64,000 bases of DNA from Octopus vulgaris (GCA_951406725.2 OX597817.1:151714001-151778000); one strand, 5' to 3'. Shown: positions 1 to 14,041, counted from the stretch's first letter. The notes: a model not told the origin generated them from the letters alone. Numbers and translations are program-made.

Positions 1-158
1 TTACGTCCCCGTAACTTAGCGGTTCGGCAAAAGTTACCGATAGAATAAGTACTAGGCTTCCAAAGAATAAATCCCGGGGTCGATTTGCTCGACTAAAGGC
101 GGTGCTCCAGCATGGCCACAGTCAAATGACTGAAACAAGTAAAAGAGCAAAAGAGTAA
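1..158 (+). mobile_element. SINE family A, 3' part with (AAAAGAGT)n-like tail
   Basis: Reverse complement of the 3' end of the full copies at 8636-9082, 34497-34945, 39513-39935 and 49535-49945 (ggcggtgctccagcatggcc...gactgaaacaagtaaaagag). Confidence 0.85.
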
Positions 159-362
159 TCGAAATCGAAAAGATGAGGTATCTCATGACGGTTACAATAC
201 CAGTGGTTGTAAAAGCACATGGAATGATCAAAAAAAGAAATTGAAAATTATTTAAGGCTGATCCCTGGCTTACCATCGATGCAGGAAGTGCAAAAGATTG
301 TCTTAACTGGAACGTCACACTGACGGAGAAGAACATTATGTCCGTGAATTTCCTTTCTCTTT

Positions 363-1654
363 TAGATAGAAGGATCCATTGGAGGGGTCCTATTATCGAT
401 TTTTTTTTTCAACAATCTAAGTATGTCACGAGATTTCCAGACACGAGATCTACTCACGTGTCAAATACTGGAGCACCGCCTTTAGTCGAGCAAATCGACC
501 CCAGGACTTATTCTTTGTAATCCTAGTACTTATTCATTAAGTAGAGATGACCCAGAAGTTGTTCCTCTTCGATTACTATCGCAAACACCAGTAGCTTTCT
601 TCAACCAAATACACGTCGTTAATTGGTTGAAATTGCCCAAATACGACAACTTTAACACGAAATAACTTCTAAAATACCAAATTTTGTCAAAAACGTTCGG
701 AGTAAACCGTGTTCTACGTGGGAAATTCTACCAGTGTGATTGAGATGGAACAGATCCGAATTGAGATGGAATAGATACGAATTTTAATCAGTAGGAGACG
801 GACACACACGCACACACACACGCACACACACACGCGCGCGCATGTACATGAACGAACATATACCTCCCATACACACAACATACACTCATACATATACGCA
901 CAAATTACATACACGCACGCACATAGGAACGCACATATAACTCCACACACACAACCCCACGCACACACACATGCGCACACCACACACAATATATGTACAT
1001 ACACGCACACATACATCAAACTGCCAGTCAAACACCTTTCTACTGACCATTCCTCTACGCACATGTGAAGCGACACACAACTGCACAAAGGGTCACCACT
1101 CCTGTTACCATGCTGTTGAATTCTTCCTACATTAACACAAAGTTCACTCGCACATACACACATAAACAGCCAACACCACACAAATACCACACACGCACAA
1201 CACATATACACACATACATACTTACACACACACAAGCACTCACATACACACACATGCTATTACACGCACACACATATGCTATTACACGCACATACATATG
1301 CTATTACACACGCACACAACAGACTTGCGCGCATGCACATACCCACACACACACACACAGATACCTCCTTCTTTTATACTCTTCTGTCATAGAAAGAACT
1401 TTTTCTTCACCCTATCCCTTCCGGTCATTTCAAAATGTAACCACATGTGGATCTTTGGCGATTTTTTCCTTCCATCTTCCTTTTCTCTTGAATATTGATT
1501 TTTTGTGTGTCCAATATCCAAATTTTGCAGACAACATCACTTTTATATTTTATTTGACACGTGAGTAGAACTCCTGTCTGGAAACCTCGTGACATACTTA
1601 GATTGTTGGAAAAAAAATCGATAATAGGGCCCCTCCAATGGATCCTTCTATCTA
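363..1654. mobile_element. Non-autonomous TIR element (MITE-like) with ~105-bp inverted ends
   Basis: 363-467 (tagatagaaggatccattggagggg...cacgtgtcaaata) is the reverse complement of ~1551-1654. Internal 625-670 resembles the arm of the 31274-32148 MITE. It contains a SINE-A fragment (~469-535) and CA-rich microsatellite. Confidence 0.75.
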
Positions 1655-2559
1655 CTACATATTACAAATATTTCATTTAAACAACCCAAGGGAAATAAAC
1701 CATACCACCTGCAGTTTTTAGCGAAGCGATCAATATTTGATTCACACGATCAGCCAACCTAATTCTGCATCTCACTACTCAGTTTTGAACTGCTAAACAT
1801 TATTATTGCACTTACTTGATTTGAATCTTAAACCTTAAAGACTTCATTCATACATTTCTATACTTCCTTCCTTTTTTCAATGCCAATTGCTCCGATAATT
1901 CTGCATTTTTACAGTTACACTTTTTCCATAGCAGTAGATAAATTTTTATTCCACAACGTATTTGTAGTGCTTTCATGCAGGCATAACGTGGATTTGATCC
2001 TCGATTGCCAGATTTCACTTAACACTTCAACAACACTTTTCTCCTGTGAATGGCAGCAGTTATACATTTCCCAGATGCCTTCGCTAAGCAGAATAATATC
2101 TTTGCCACTTGAGCCTTCTAGCCTCTTCTAAGCCACCAGGGGCTGGGACAGAGATAACTGACCTCCAACGAAATCATTTGTTCTCAACAATATGTCTATC
2201 CTTCTGGCTGCTTTTCCATAGTTATAAAAACGAGAACTTCGTAAGCTAAAGGCAGTTATTGAGAGCTACCGTCAGTGAGTGTGAACGTTATTATTGCACT
2301 TTCTTCATTTCATTCTTAAACATTAAACACTTCATTCATATATTTATATACATATATACTTCATTTATATATTACTTTTAATAAATTAGCGTCATAAAGT
2401 TCACCTTTAAAATGCCCCGACGAGTCACAGTACTTTCTCCCCAAAACCTTTCTTCGAAAACCTTTCTCGCCGACGTCGGAAAACATTTTGTGCACCTTTT
2501 GTGGCAGTTCTAACGTAATTGCTTTCCTACATCAAAGTAATAAGGCGTTTCAATAGAAC

Positions 2560-2596
2560 ATCTTTTGCCCCAGGAATTACCGGGTACACCAGCTAG
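2560..2596 (+). mobile_element. Probable Helitron 3' terminus
   Basis: ccc...ccgggtacaccagCTAG|T: a GC hairpin followed by CTAG before T. The 5' end is not securely located. Confidence 0.4.
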
Positions 2597-2874
<278 letters not shown>

Positions 2875-3156
2875 CATTGTACGTACAGCCGAATCCACTT
2901 AATTGCAAAGCGAATAATTCTATAATTCGGCTTAATTTCATAAATTAAAACGTCAGTTTCTTTTAATAAATTGTCTGCGCTATTTTTACAATGCCAGTGT
3001 TATGTAAAATGGGTGAAATACGACATGAAATTGAACGAAAGATTCTACATTTGCTTCATATCAAGTCAAATCAGATTTTATATACGAAGTAAAACAATTA
3101 ATGTCAAAATGGTGAAATGTACTCAATTTTTCCCTAACATTTCAATGAATTAAAGA

Positions 3157-3282
3157 TCATCATCATCGTCGTCGTCGAGGTAGTGGTTGTCGTCGTCGTT
3201 TTCATCATCATAATCGTCGTTAACATCATCATCATCATTATCACTATCCTCGACATCCTCATTATCCTCATTTTCATAGTCG

Positions 3283-3320
<38 letters not shown>

Positions 3321-4660
3321 TGTCGACTCGAATTTGCATTTGCGTCACTCAAGATGATCGACAAGTCGTATTTTCCTTTCCATCAATAGTCGTAACACCT
3401 CTGTCCTTCAACGTGGTTTTTGAAGGATGCTGACTGTCCATCCTTCCATAGGTCAGCTTTCCGAAAGATAACCTCGCTGGTAGACAACTCTGGATATCTC
3501 AGACTCTAACCGGCAAGCTACAACTCTATACCTATTATACTGAAGATGTCACCATAGACATGTTCCTTGGTTTCCTTCTGCAGTCTATTTGACTTTGAAA
3601 GCCATTCGGAGACCGAAGGTTAGGGGCCATGGACGGATCTTTTCCTTTTGAACAGCAGTTTTCAACACAATTTCTAGTTAACTTAACACTTTTAAACTTC
3701 GTATACTGGTAGAATGTGTCAAAATAAAATGTTTTTTTCTCTTGGCTTTCTTGAGAAAATTGTAATTTGTAAGTTTAACGTAGTTTAATTTTTCGAATTT
3801 TAACCAATCAATAAATAGCCTCTATTGAGCTAAAATCATTTGCTGCGTCTAAAACTGAGACAACATCCTGTCTCTGTTATGTTTACGTACGGAAAGCGTG
3901 TGTATAAAATTATAGAATTATTTTGTTTGTTAATTGTTTAAATTATTTTCCATTGCTTTCGTTTTAGCCTTTCGTTTTTTTTTTCTTAAGCAATGGAAAA
4001 TAGTTTAAACAATACAGGTGCATCTCAAAACAAAAACTCAAAACAAAAACAAAACGAATAATTTTAGACACGCGTAACAATTAAATTAACAATTAAGAAA
4101 AAAACGAAAGGCTAAAATTTAGGGTTAGGGTTAGTGTTAGGGTCAGGATTAGTATTAGGGTTAGAGTTAGGGTTAGTGACAGGATGTTGTCTCAGTTTTA
4201 GACGCAGCAAATGATTTTAGCTCAATAGAGGCCATTGATTGGTTAAAATTCGAAAAATTAAACTACGTTAAACTTACAAATAACAATTTTCTCAAGAAAG
4301 CCAAGAGAAAAAAATGCTTTATTTTGACACATTCTACCAGTATACGAAGTTTAAAAGTGTTTAGTTAACTAGAAATTGTGTTGAAAACTGCCATTCAAAA
4401 GGAAAAGATTCCCATGGACTTAATGACACTCCAAGTTTTCTACTCGTAAAGAAGAATTGTTTCAATCGCCACTGTGAGATTTTCTTCTTGAAGGTCTGAT
4501 AACATTAAAAGTTCAGATATTCTTCATATCTTTGAGCATTTTCCAGGCAAGACATTTGCGTACCTTGATGTCTTTCTCCGAGTCAGCTGTAAATTATCTG
4601 AAGTAGCGAAAGTCAGAAACTCGCAGGAGCAGTCCCTTCAGCGTAATCAATTACAATGTA
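3157..4660 (-). mobile_element. Decayed RTE-like LINE 3' fragment with (GAT)n tail, interrupted by a MITE
   Basis: Minus-strand remnants (AWKMLKDMKNI...) resemble the RTE C-terminus at 61573-61908. The (CAT)n run at 3157-3320 is the tail. Many stops and frameshifts. Confidence 0.5.
3635..4411. mobile_element. Merlin-like MITE, ~235-bp TIRs, 8-bp TSD
   Basis: Starts GGATCTTTTCC and ends GGAAAAGATTC. TSD ccatggac at 3627-3634 and 4412-4419. Internal degenerate (TTAGGG)n at 4119-4176. Confidence 0.85.
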
Positions 4661-4756
4661 GACTATGTTTTCTCGTTTTCTTCGTACAACCCAACTCCTT
4701 TACATAGGGTTCCTGCTATCTACGGAAGACCTTGAATATCTATGATATCGTCCGAT

Positions 4757-4991
4757 AGAAGGCGGCGAGTTGGCAGAAACGTTAGCACGCCGAGTGAAAT
4801 GCTCAGCAGTATTTCGTCTGCCGCTACGTTCTGAGTTCAAATTCCGCCGAGGTCGACTTTGCCTTTCCTCCTTTCGGGGTCGATTAAATAAGTACCAGTT
4901 ACGCACTGGGGTCGATATAATCGACTTAATCCATTTGTCTGTCCTTGTTTGTCCCTTCTGTGTTTAGCCCCTTGTGGGTAGTAAAGAAATA
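4757..4991 (+). mobile_element. SINE family B, full copy
   Basis: tRNA-like head (B-box-like gagttcaaattcc), gccttt.tcctttcggggtcgat core, tail ...gccccttgtgggtagtaaagaaata. 13-bp TSD gatatcgtccgat (4744-4756, 4992-5004). Confidence 0.9.
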
Positions 4992-5107
4992 GATATCGTC
5001 CGATTGCAAAAATATGTCTTCGACAAAGCACACTTAATGTCATAGTAAAAAGACTATCGATATTTATATTTCTGCAATTTACTTTTAATTGTACAGTATA
5101 AATCCTT

Positions 5108-5305
5108 TGATTTTAGCTCAAAAGGGCATAGGATTGGTTAAAATTCGAAAAACTAAACTACGTTAAACTTACAAATTACAATTTTCTCAAGAAAACCAAG
5201 AGAGAAAAATGTTTTATTTTGACACATTCTACCAGTACACGAAGTTTAAAAGTGTTTAGTTAACTAGAAATTGTGTTGAAAACTCTGTTCAAAAGGAAAA
5301 GGTCC
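5108..5305. mobile_element. Solo right arm of the Merlin-like MITE family
   Basis: Near-identical to 4212-4411 and ends aaaaggaaaaggtcc. Confidence 0.75.
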
Positions 5306-6177
5306 AATATTCTAAAATGTTCTGGGTAGGCGGCGAATTGGTGTTATTTTGTTGCCTATATCATCGACTTCTTTGCTCCCTGATTGATATAATTACAGTA
5401 TTTTTATTAGTCGGCATGAACCTAATTGATTTTATTGATTGCATTTGAAAGTCACAACCGGAGAGTATAAATTTCAGTAAACTAAGGTAATTGAAGTCTG
5501 TCAAAGGGAAATGAAAAAAAAAGTTTAAAAAACTTTCATGTGATACCGAAAAGTAAATTTTGATATCAATTTGAAACGGAAATTAAATTTTGCCAAATTC
5601 GACATTCTCCTATCGGGGATAAATCAAATAATAGTCATGGAGATACATAACAGTACAAAAATAGCCTAGACAGGGTTAATGTAAATAAATTTTGTATATA
5701 CGAAACGTACTGCATGTAAAATAACGTTTTGTTCTTGTTTTATTATCTAATCCATAGATGTGAAATATAATCACAATACATACTCACTGTTGTCGATATA
5801 TTGAAATCTCATAATTTATAGCGTACTGTGCGAATTCAGTAAATTTTAAACTGCGGTTTATTCCATGAAAATTTCAATAAGAGAAATTATTGAATTAAGC
5901 AGTTTCGTCTGTACAACCATCCCAGTCTGATGTCTCTCGCCGTCGCTAACCACAGTTTCTTGCTATGTACGATTCCCCCAAGCAATAAAAAGGTGATTGA
6001 AAGAACTTACTTAAGGAAGCCAAAAAAACAGACGATAAAAAAGACAAAATTATTCCACTTTATATTGGTCTTCTTTGATCACGTGACAAACTTAGCAATG
6101 TATAGCAACATTTTAGTTTTGTAGTGAATAGATCTCATAAAACATAAGCCCCAGGACTTTCGACTTGAAGTGAAGCC

Positions 6178-6610
6178 GGATCTTTTCGGTTTGACCGGCA
6201 GTTTTTAAAAATAATTTCCACGTAACTTAACACTTTTAACTTCGTATACTGGTAGAATGTGTTTATAAAACATCTTTTTCTCTTGGCTTTACTGAGAAAA
6301 TTCTATAGTTTGTAAGATATTTGTTGTTTTTTTCTTCAATTTCTGCAATTTTAACCAATCAATGACGTCTATTGAGGTGAAAACATTCTGTGCCGTATGA
6401 ATATGTCCCTCGTTTAAGAAACAGATTGGGTTTATTTACATTTGTGAAGTAAAAAAGATACCCTTCCTCCCACCCCTAACTAACCCTAACTAACCTTAAC
6501 TAACCCATAAACAGATTGAAATGCAATAGATCGATACCAGGGTCATAATTATGGGTGACAATTTCATATGAGACCGCTAGAAAAAACTGCCGGTCAAACC
6601 GAAAAGATCC
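6178..6610. mobile_element. Merlin-like MITE, 29-bp TIR, 8-bp TSD
   Basis: ggatcttttcggtttgaccggcagttttt ... aaaaactgccggtcaaaccgaaaagatcc. TSD gtgaagcc/gtgaagct. CCCTAA-like block at 6474-6508. Confidence 0.85.
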
Positions 6611-7049
6611 GTGAAGCTTAATAGATTGGTTTTGTCTCTAGTTAAAGACTTATCAGAGATCGCTTATTTCGCCTAACAAATTGCGATATTTAGAACATAA
6701 TATTTGTTTACCAAATATATCCTGTATAACTTCAGTATAAATATATATTTATTATCACATTGTATTATTATTGTAATTATTGGTGCCTGGTTGTTAGACT
6801 TGCAGTGCTAGTGCGTAAATTTCGTTGTGTATCATAATTTTATTTACATTTCCCATAAAAATCACTATAGTTCTGAAATTCAGCTGATTTTAGAGTGAGG
6901 TAAACGAGAGACTTATACAGTGAGGTAAGTGAGGTTCGTTTCTCACTTCAAGCTGCTGAAAAGCCTCTGGTTTTTCCATTGTGTCCTTCACTGCAGCGAC
7001 ACTAAATATGTTTTTTTTTTAACGTATGCAGTGTGAAAATCATATATAT

Positions 7050-7189
7050 ATTTCTTTACTGCCCACAAGGGGCTAAACATAGAGGGGACAAACAAGGACA
7101 GACAAAGGGATTAAGTCGATTACATCGACCCCAATGCGAAACTGGTACTTTATTTATCGACCCCGAAAGGATGAAAGGCAAAGTCGACC
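7050..7189 (-). mobile_element. SINE family B, 5'-truncated
   Basis: Reverse complement of the family B core and tail. Confidence 0.85.
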
Positions 7190-7530
7190 ATGGCTCAGTG
7201 GTTAGGGTTAGGGTTAGGGTTAGGGTTAGGGTTAGGACCTAGCTGTGTCTTGTGATTCCTGGACCTAGCTGTGTCTTGTGTTCTTGAGCAAGACACTTTA
7301 TTTCACGTTGCTCCAGTTCACTCAGCTGCAAAAGTGAATTGCGACGTCACAGGTGCCAAGCTGTATCGGCCTTTGCTTTTCCCTTGGATAACATTGGTGG
7401 CGTGGAGAGAGGGGGCTTGTATGCATGGACAACTGCTGGTCTTCATCGCCCGGACTTGTGTCGCGGAGGGGGAACTTTCTAGGTGCAACTCGATGATCAT
7501 ACGTGACCGAAGGGGGTCTTTACTCTTTAC
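7190..7530 (+). mobile_element. SINE with family D middle domain, (TTAGGG)n in the head
   Basis: tggctcagtggttaggg head, then cttgagcaagacactttatttcacgttgctccagt shared with 10305-10622, then a different 3' part. Confidence 0.7.
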
Positions 7531-7539
7531 TCCTTTATA

Positions 7540-7725
<186 letters not shown>

Positions 7726-7935
7726 TCCGTTTATGCAATGTTTACCGCTGAGGTGTAGAATTAAGTTCTAGAAGGTAAACTTGCTCTGCTGATACCATTT
7801 AAAAATTATAAATACCAGACAATACGTGATGAGAATTTAGAAACTTCGAGAGAGATGAGGTAAATTATTTTTAACGTTGGAATTCGAAACTGATTAAGCT
7901 GAAAAATAAGAGCGTGCAGAATGTTAAGTTATAAA

Positions 7936-8400
7936 GACTTTCGATTTTCTTTTGTCCAAGGGATTTTTAATGTTTCGCCCGCTATCATTTATACCTTTAT
8001 AAGGGGGTGAGCTGGCAGAATTGTTACCGACTTTCGATTTTCTTTTGTCCAAGGGATTTTTAATGTTTCGCCCGCTATCATTTATACCTTTATAAGGGGG
8101 TGAGCTGGCAGAATTGTTACCGACTTTCGATTTTCTTTTGTCCAAGGGATTTTTAATGTTTCGCCCGCTATCATTTACACCTTTATAAGGGGGTGAGCTG
8201 GCAGAATTGTTACCGACATTCGATTTTCTTTTGTCCAAGGGATTTTTAATGTTTCGCCCGCTATCATTTATACCTTTATAAGGGGGTGAGCTGGCAGAAT
8301 TGTTACCGACTTTCGATTTTCTTTAGTCCAAGGGATTTTTAATGTTTCGCCCGCTATCATTTATACCTTTATAAGGGGGTGAGCTGGCAGAATTGTTACC
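7936..8400 (+). repeat. Minisatellite, 5 x 93 bp, including the head of a family B SINE
   Basis: Units start at 7936, 8029, 8122, 8215 and 8308. Each ends aagggggtgagctggcagaattgttacc. The array runs into the SINE B body (8401-8575). Confidence 0.92.
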
Positions 8401-8635
8401 GACATTTCTTCTGGCTTTACGTTCTGAGTTCAAATGCCGTTGAGGTTGACTTTGGCTTTCATCCTTTCGGGGTCGATAAAATAAGCACTAGTTGAGCACC
8501 GAGATCGATGTTTTCTACTAACGCCATCCTCCCCACCCTAATTTCAGGCCTTGTGCCTATAATAGAAAGGGTTATCTATAGCTTTATCTACTTCAACTTC
8601 TTCGTTAAAAATAACCTGCCTCAGGCAATTATGCT

Positions 8636-8854
8636 AACTCTCTTTTACTCTCTTTTACTTGTTTCAGTCATTTGACTGCGGCCATGCTGGAGCACCGCCT
8701 TTAGTCGAGCAACTCGATCCCGGGACTTATTCTTTGTAAGCCCAGTACTTATTCTATCGGTCTCTTTTGCCGAACCGCTAAGTGACGGGGATGTAAATAC
8801 ACCAGCATCTGTTGTCAAGCAATGCTAGGGGGACAAACACAGACACACAAACAT

Positions 8855-8917
<63 letters not shown>

Positions 8918-9082
8918 TACGACAGGCTTCTTTCAGTTTCCGTCTACCAAATCCACTCACAAGGCATTGGTCGGCCCGGGGCTATAGCAGAAGACACTTG
9001 CCCAAGATGCCATGCAGTGGGACTGAACCCGGAACCATGTGGTTGGTTAGCAAGCTACTTACCACACAGCACCTCCTGCGCC
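8636..9082 (-). mobile_element. SINE family A, full copy
   Basis: Minus-strand head with A-box-like ctgtgtggtaag and B-box-like ggttcagtccc, CORE-like cttgggcaagtgtctt, internal (TA)n, (AAAAGAGT)n tail. Confidence 0.9.
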
Positions 9083-9122
9083 TCTACAAATTTAAGTTAA
9101 CAATATTCTTACATAACTGTTT

Positions 9123-9250
9123 ACAGTCCCACTATGTGGCACCTTGGGCAAGTGTCTTCTACTATAGCTTCGGGTCGACCAAAGCCTTGTAAGTGAACTT
9201 GGTAGACGGAAACTGAAAGAAGCCCGTCGTGTATGTATGTATATATATAT
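9123..9250 (+). mobile_element. SINE family A, partial
   Basis: cagtcccactatgtggcaccttgggcaagtgtcttc...gaagcccgtcg. Confidence 0.8.
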
Positions 9251-9274
9251 ATATATATACTCTTTTTTTTTTTT

Positions 9275-9644
9275 ACTCTTTTACTTGTTTCAGTCATTTG
9301 ACTGCGGCCATGCTGGAGCACCGTCTTCGGTCGAGCAAATCGATCCCTGGACTTATACTTTGTAAGCCTAGTACTTATTCTATCGGTCTCTTTTCCCGAA
9401 TAGGACGTAAACACACCAGCATCGGTTGTCAAGCGATGTTGGGGGGGAGGGACAAACACACACACACATATATATATATACATATATATGACGGGCTTCT
9501 TTCAGTTTCCGTCTACCAAATCCACTCACAAGGCTTTGGTCGGCCCGAGGCTATAGTAGAAGACACTTGCTCAAGGTGCCACGCAGTGGGACTGAACCAT
9601 GTGGCTGGAAAGCAAGCTACTTACCACACAGCCGCTCCTGCGCC

Positions 9645-9645
<1 letters not shown>
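9275..9645 (-). mobile_element. SINE family A, full copy
   Basis: Same sequence as 8636-9082. Confidence 0.9.
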
Positions 9646-9716
<71 letters not shown>

Positions 9717-10039
9717 CATGAAGCCTTGGGGCTCAACCATTGTCCAAGCCCTGTCCAATGTTTGATTATCCCTGTATATCACTGGCATGATATGGAAAAC
9801 TTGGAAGATTTGGCATTTGGCAACACCATGGTAGAAACTGGTGTAAGAGTTTAGTATTTGTACATTCATCTATTCTTATTCGTTTATTTTTATTCATATA
9901 TTTTTATTTATTTATTTGCTTATTTCATTCGTTTATTTGGATCACTTACACATATGATTGTAATCAATTAATAAATAGATATAATTAAATGTTTACAGGC
10001 TGATGTTTGTCGATTGTTTATACTCTCCATTTTCTTACT

Positions 10040-10117
<78 letters not shown>

Positions 10118-10264
10118 TTATATATATATATATATAATTTAATAAATAAAATATATGCATACATACATACATACATATATGTACGTACCTACATCTACAT
10201 GTATATATACATGCATATATATATATATATATATATATAAGTACAGGACACTTACATTTATATT

Positions 10265-10304
<40 letters not shown>

Positions 10305-10306
<2 letters not shown>

Positions 10307-10622
10307 GGCGCGTGGCTTAGTGGTTATGGCATTCGGCTCATGATTGTAAGGTCGTGAGTTCAATTCCCGGAGACGCGTTGTTTCCTTGAACAAGACACTT
10401 TATTTCACGTTGCTCTAGTCCACTCAGCTGGAACAAATTAGCAGTACCTGTATTTCAAATGGCCGGCCTTGTCACACTCTGTGTCACGCTTAATCTCCCT
10501 GAGAACTACGTTAAGGGTACACGTGTCTGTGGAGTGCTCAGCCACTTGCACGTTAATTTCACAAGCAAGCTGTTCCGTTGATCGTATCAGCTGGGACCCT
10601 CGTCGTCGCAACCGACGGAGTA
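10305..10622 (+). mobile_element. tRNA-derived SINE family D
   Basis: Head ggcgcgtggcttagtggtta...gagttcaattcc. Middle shared with 7280-7330. 3' part (gtacctgtatttcaa...ccgacggagt) shared with family C1. Confidence 0.85.
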
Positions 10623-10802
10623 CTCCTATATATATATACATACGGTGAATAAGATTAGGATAGGTAAAGTTAAATGCCCAAATGGAAAAAATTATATACA
10701 ATATATGAGAACCCGTGTGTTACTTCGTTCTTCTAATTGTCCTCATACTATCAAGAATACAAATAACGGGATAAAAAACAAACAAACCCATTATATATTC
10801 AA

Positions 10803-11199
10803 CTAGCAGTATCGCCCGGCGTTGCTCGGGTTTGTAAGGGAAATAACTATATAAGCATTTTTAGAGAGTTATAGCCAAAAAATAGCAAAAAAATGCATTA
10901 AAAATGGGAAAAAAATGATGGTAAATTTTTTTAAATCGTTGACTCATCGTAGACATTTTTAGAGAGTTACTTCCCTTATATAATAGCGAAAAAATGCATT
11001 AAAATGGAAAAAATGATGGTAATTTTTGTTTTTTTAATCGTAGACTCATCGTAGACGCGCGCTAATACCCAGAAGGGCTCGATATGAATCACGACTATAA
11101 GATACCCGGTTTTGGTTAAACTGCACCGCAAAATGTGGGAGTAGTTAGGAATCTAAATCGGAGGAGACAGACACACAACTTCACTTTTATATATAAAGA
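10803..11199 (-). mobile_element. Non-autonomous Helitron
   Basis: Minus strand reads A|TCTTTATATATAAA ... cccgagcaacgccggg hairpin ... CTAG|T, with no TSD. Second copy at 19253-19928. Confidence 0.85.
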
Positions 11200-11399
11200 T
11201 AATGCCCGAAAATTTGAAAAATATTGTTTGGTTCATAGTTTCATTCGCTAAGAAAATTAAGGGTAATTTGGTTGGAACTTTCTTAGAGTTGGTTATTTCG
11301 TATCTAATATTTTATGCCTGATTATATCTTCAATTAACGAAAGAAAACTATCTAATTTTTTATAATAATTGTAATAGTAGTAAATGCCATAACAGTAAT

Positions 11400-12195
11400 A
11401 CTAATGAAATAAACGTTAGTAATGAGAGTAAATTTGGGCCGGCTAGTGTACAAGGGGAAACAACCCGTGTCAAATCCCATCCCAACCTCTTGAATGTAGA
11501 AAAAATGACAAATAGCAATTATACTGAATGCAACGATGTGAAACAGAGTAATAATACGAGTACTAATGAAAATACATTTTGCAATTGCAGGGTTAGAAGT
11601 TAATGTTTACTTTTAAATTATTGTAAACAAAAGAATATTACTTCCAGATGTAAGGTGATATGTGAGGGTAAACGTTTCTTCTACATAGGAGCTACGCAGA
11701 ATTTTGGTAAAAAAACGTGTCTCTAACTATATTTACACTTTTAATAATGGGAACAAGTCTTCTTCTACCAGCTTCAGTAAATTTATTTGGGACTTGAACG
11801 ACAAGAAAAAAGAGTTTTTCTGTGGGGTGGCACATTATAAACAAGACGACTGCTTATAAGCCTGGAAAATCCTTTTGCTTTTTCTGTCTAGAAGAACTGT
11901 TCTTGATCTTATATTCTAGGAGACGTTTCTTAATTGGTAAAACAGAAACTGAGTTTTCATGTGTTCACGCATGTAAATGGTCTCTTAGAAACTACCATTA
12001 AATATATAATCATCGCTGATGATAAGCGTTAAAAAATGGTTAGTAGATGCAATATTGATGAAAAATATGTATAATATAACGTATTGATTAAATGGTGTAG
12101 ATGGATGTTATGTCTTCTAAACGTGGCAATGTATTGGTAGTTTACTATAAATTCAATTAAGCACGTTCTCATAAATATATCATTGAAATTCTTAT
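11400..12195 (+). pseudogene. Decayed Penelope-like element 3' end (GIY-YIG endonuclease remnant)
   Basis: Translatable remnants CNCRV...C...CKVICEGKRFFYIGATQ, SKFIWDL and WHII...AYKPGKSFCFFCLEE. CTGATGA at 12016-12022 downstream. Confidence 0.65.
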
Positions 12196-12197
12196 AA

Positions 12198-12534
12198 TCT
12201 CTATATATATAAAGCTGAAGTTGTCTGTGTATGGCAGGTTTGGTAGCCTTCAACTAACACTATCTCCTCCGAGACCCTGCGGCGCAAGTTGGCCAAAATT
12301 GAGAGTATGATGGAAGAATGCTTGCTCTTCATTCTGTAGAAGAAAAAATTCAAATCGGACCATGTGCTTTTTTTCTATGAAAATTCCCTTTTTACGATTT
12401 TTTGACTGCTGTGACGCCATTTTTCGGTGTATTTCAACCAAAAATATGTTCACTTAAAGAGATTAACAAGCTAGATAATGCAAAATTTTTACTTTTCAAA
12501 AATTCCAATTCTAAAGGATCGAAACAAACCCGAG
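12198..12534 (+). mobile_element. Helitron-like fragment (5' TC end present, 3' end truncated)
   Basis: A|TCTCTATATATATAAAGCTGAAGTTG resembles the 5' end of 10803-11199. It ends aaacccgag at the start of the terminal hairpin. Confidence 0.6.
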
Positions 12535-12806
12535 AAAACTAAATTTGCGATCAAACATATTATCTTAATAGTAATTACAACTTTAATGTACTTAGTTTTG
12601 ATATAAAATATCTATAAATAGTATCTGGTAATGTTTAGGTTTTGCTTTTGTTTACAAAGTTTATATTGACCCTAGAATAACGCACAAATATTGATGCCGC
12701 AACACTATTATACGGTAATTAACCAACAGTTTTGATGCGTCATATTTTTTCGTTGTCTTCAGTATTTTGAACAAACGCATGCACAACAACTTGATGAATG
12801 TTACCA

Positions 12807-12863
<57 letters not shown>

Positions 12864-12984
12864 CCCATCTTTCTCTTTCATTCGCTTTAATCTCTCTCTC
12901 CCTATAACATCTATTTCGCCTTAACTATCACACCACCGCCAATAAAAACCATCATGTATTACATATGCACGCGCACAAATATAT

Positions 12985-13612
<628 letters not shown>

Positions 13613-13702
13613 TTATGAAAATAACTGGGTTTTTTAAACAACGCACACATCTTAGTCTGTCGAAGGTCAACCAACACATTGAAATATAACTCCCATTTGG
13701 GA

Positions 13703-13826
13703 AAATTTTCCCCTGATGAAATATTCAATTAACCAGTTTCAATTTTAAAATTCAAATTGAATTAATTTAATTTAATTTCTGTAATTGAACTAATTGGATG
13801 TGGAAACGGCTGTAGGACAGGAATTT
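13703..13826 (+). ncRNA. Type I hammerhead ribozyme motif (Penelope-type)
   Basis: CTGATGA 13713-13719. Stem II atattcaatta/taattggatgt (11 bp with GU pairs). GAAA 13803-13806. Near-palindromic ACGGCTGT stem III. GUA 13812-13814. Confidence 0.65.
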
Positions 13827-13916
13827 CATTATATGGATTTGAATATCTTTGAATAAATTGATGTCTGCATGCCAATTTCTCCATTTACTTCCTTTCCTCA
13901 TTCGTAAATATTTTAA

Positions 13917-13957
<41 letters not shown>

Positions 13958-14041
13958 TCTTAGTCTGTCGAAGGTCAACCAACACATTGAAATATAACTC
14001 CCATTTGGGAAAATTTTCCCCTGATGAAATATTCAATTAAC

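Noticed and set aside
4119-4176. True telomere or chromosome-fusion site
   Set aside because: Short, degenerate and internal to a MITE with a TSD.
7936-8400. CRISPR-like array or 31-aa repeat protein
   Set aside because: The units are contiguous and near-identical with no unique spacers. The context is eukaryotic, there are no cas genes, and the ORF follows from the 93-bp period.
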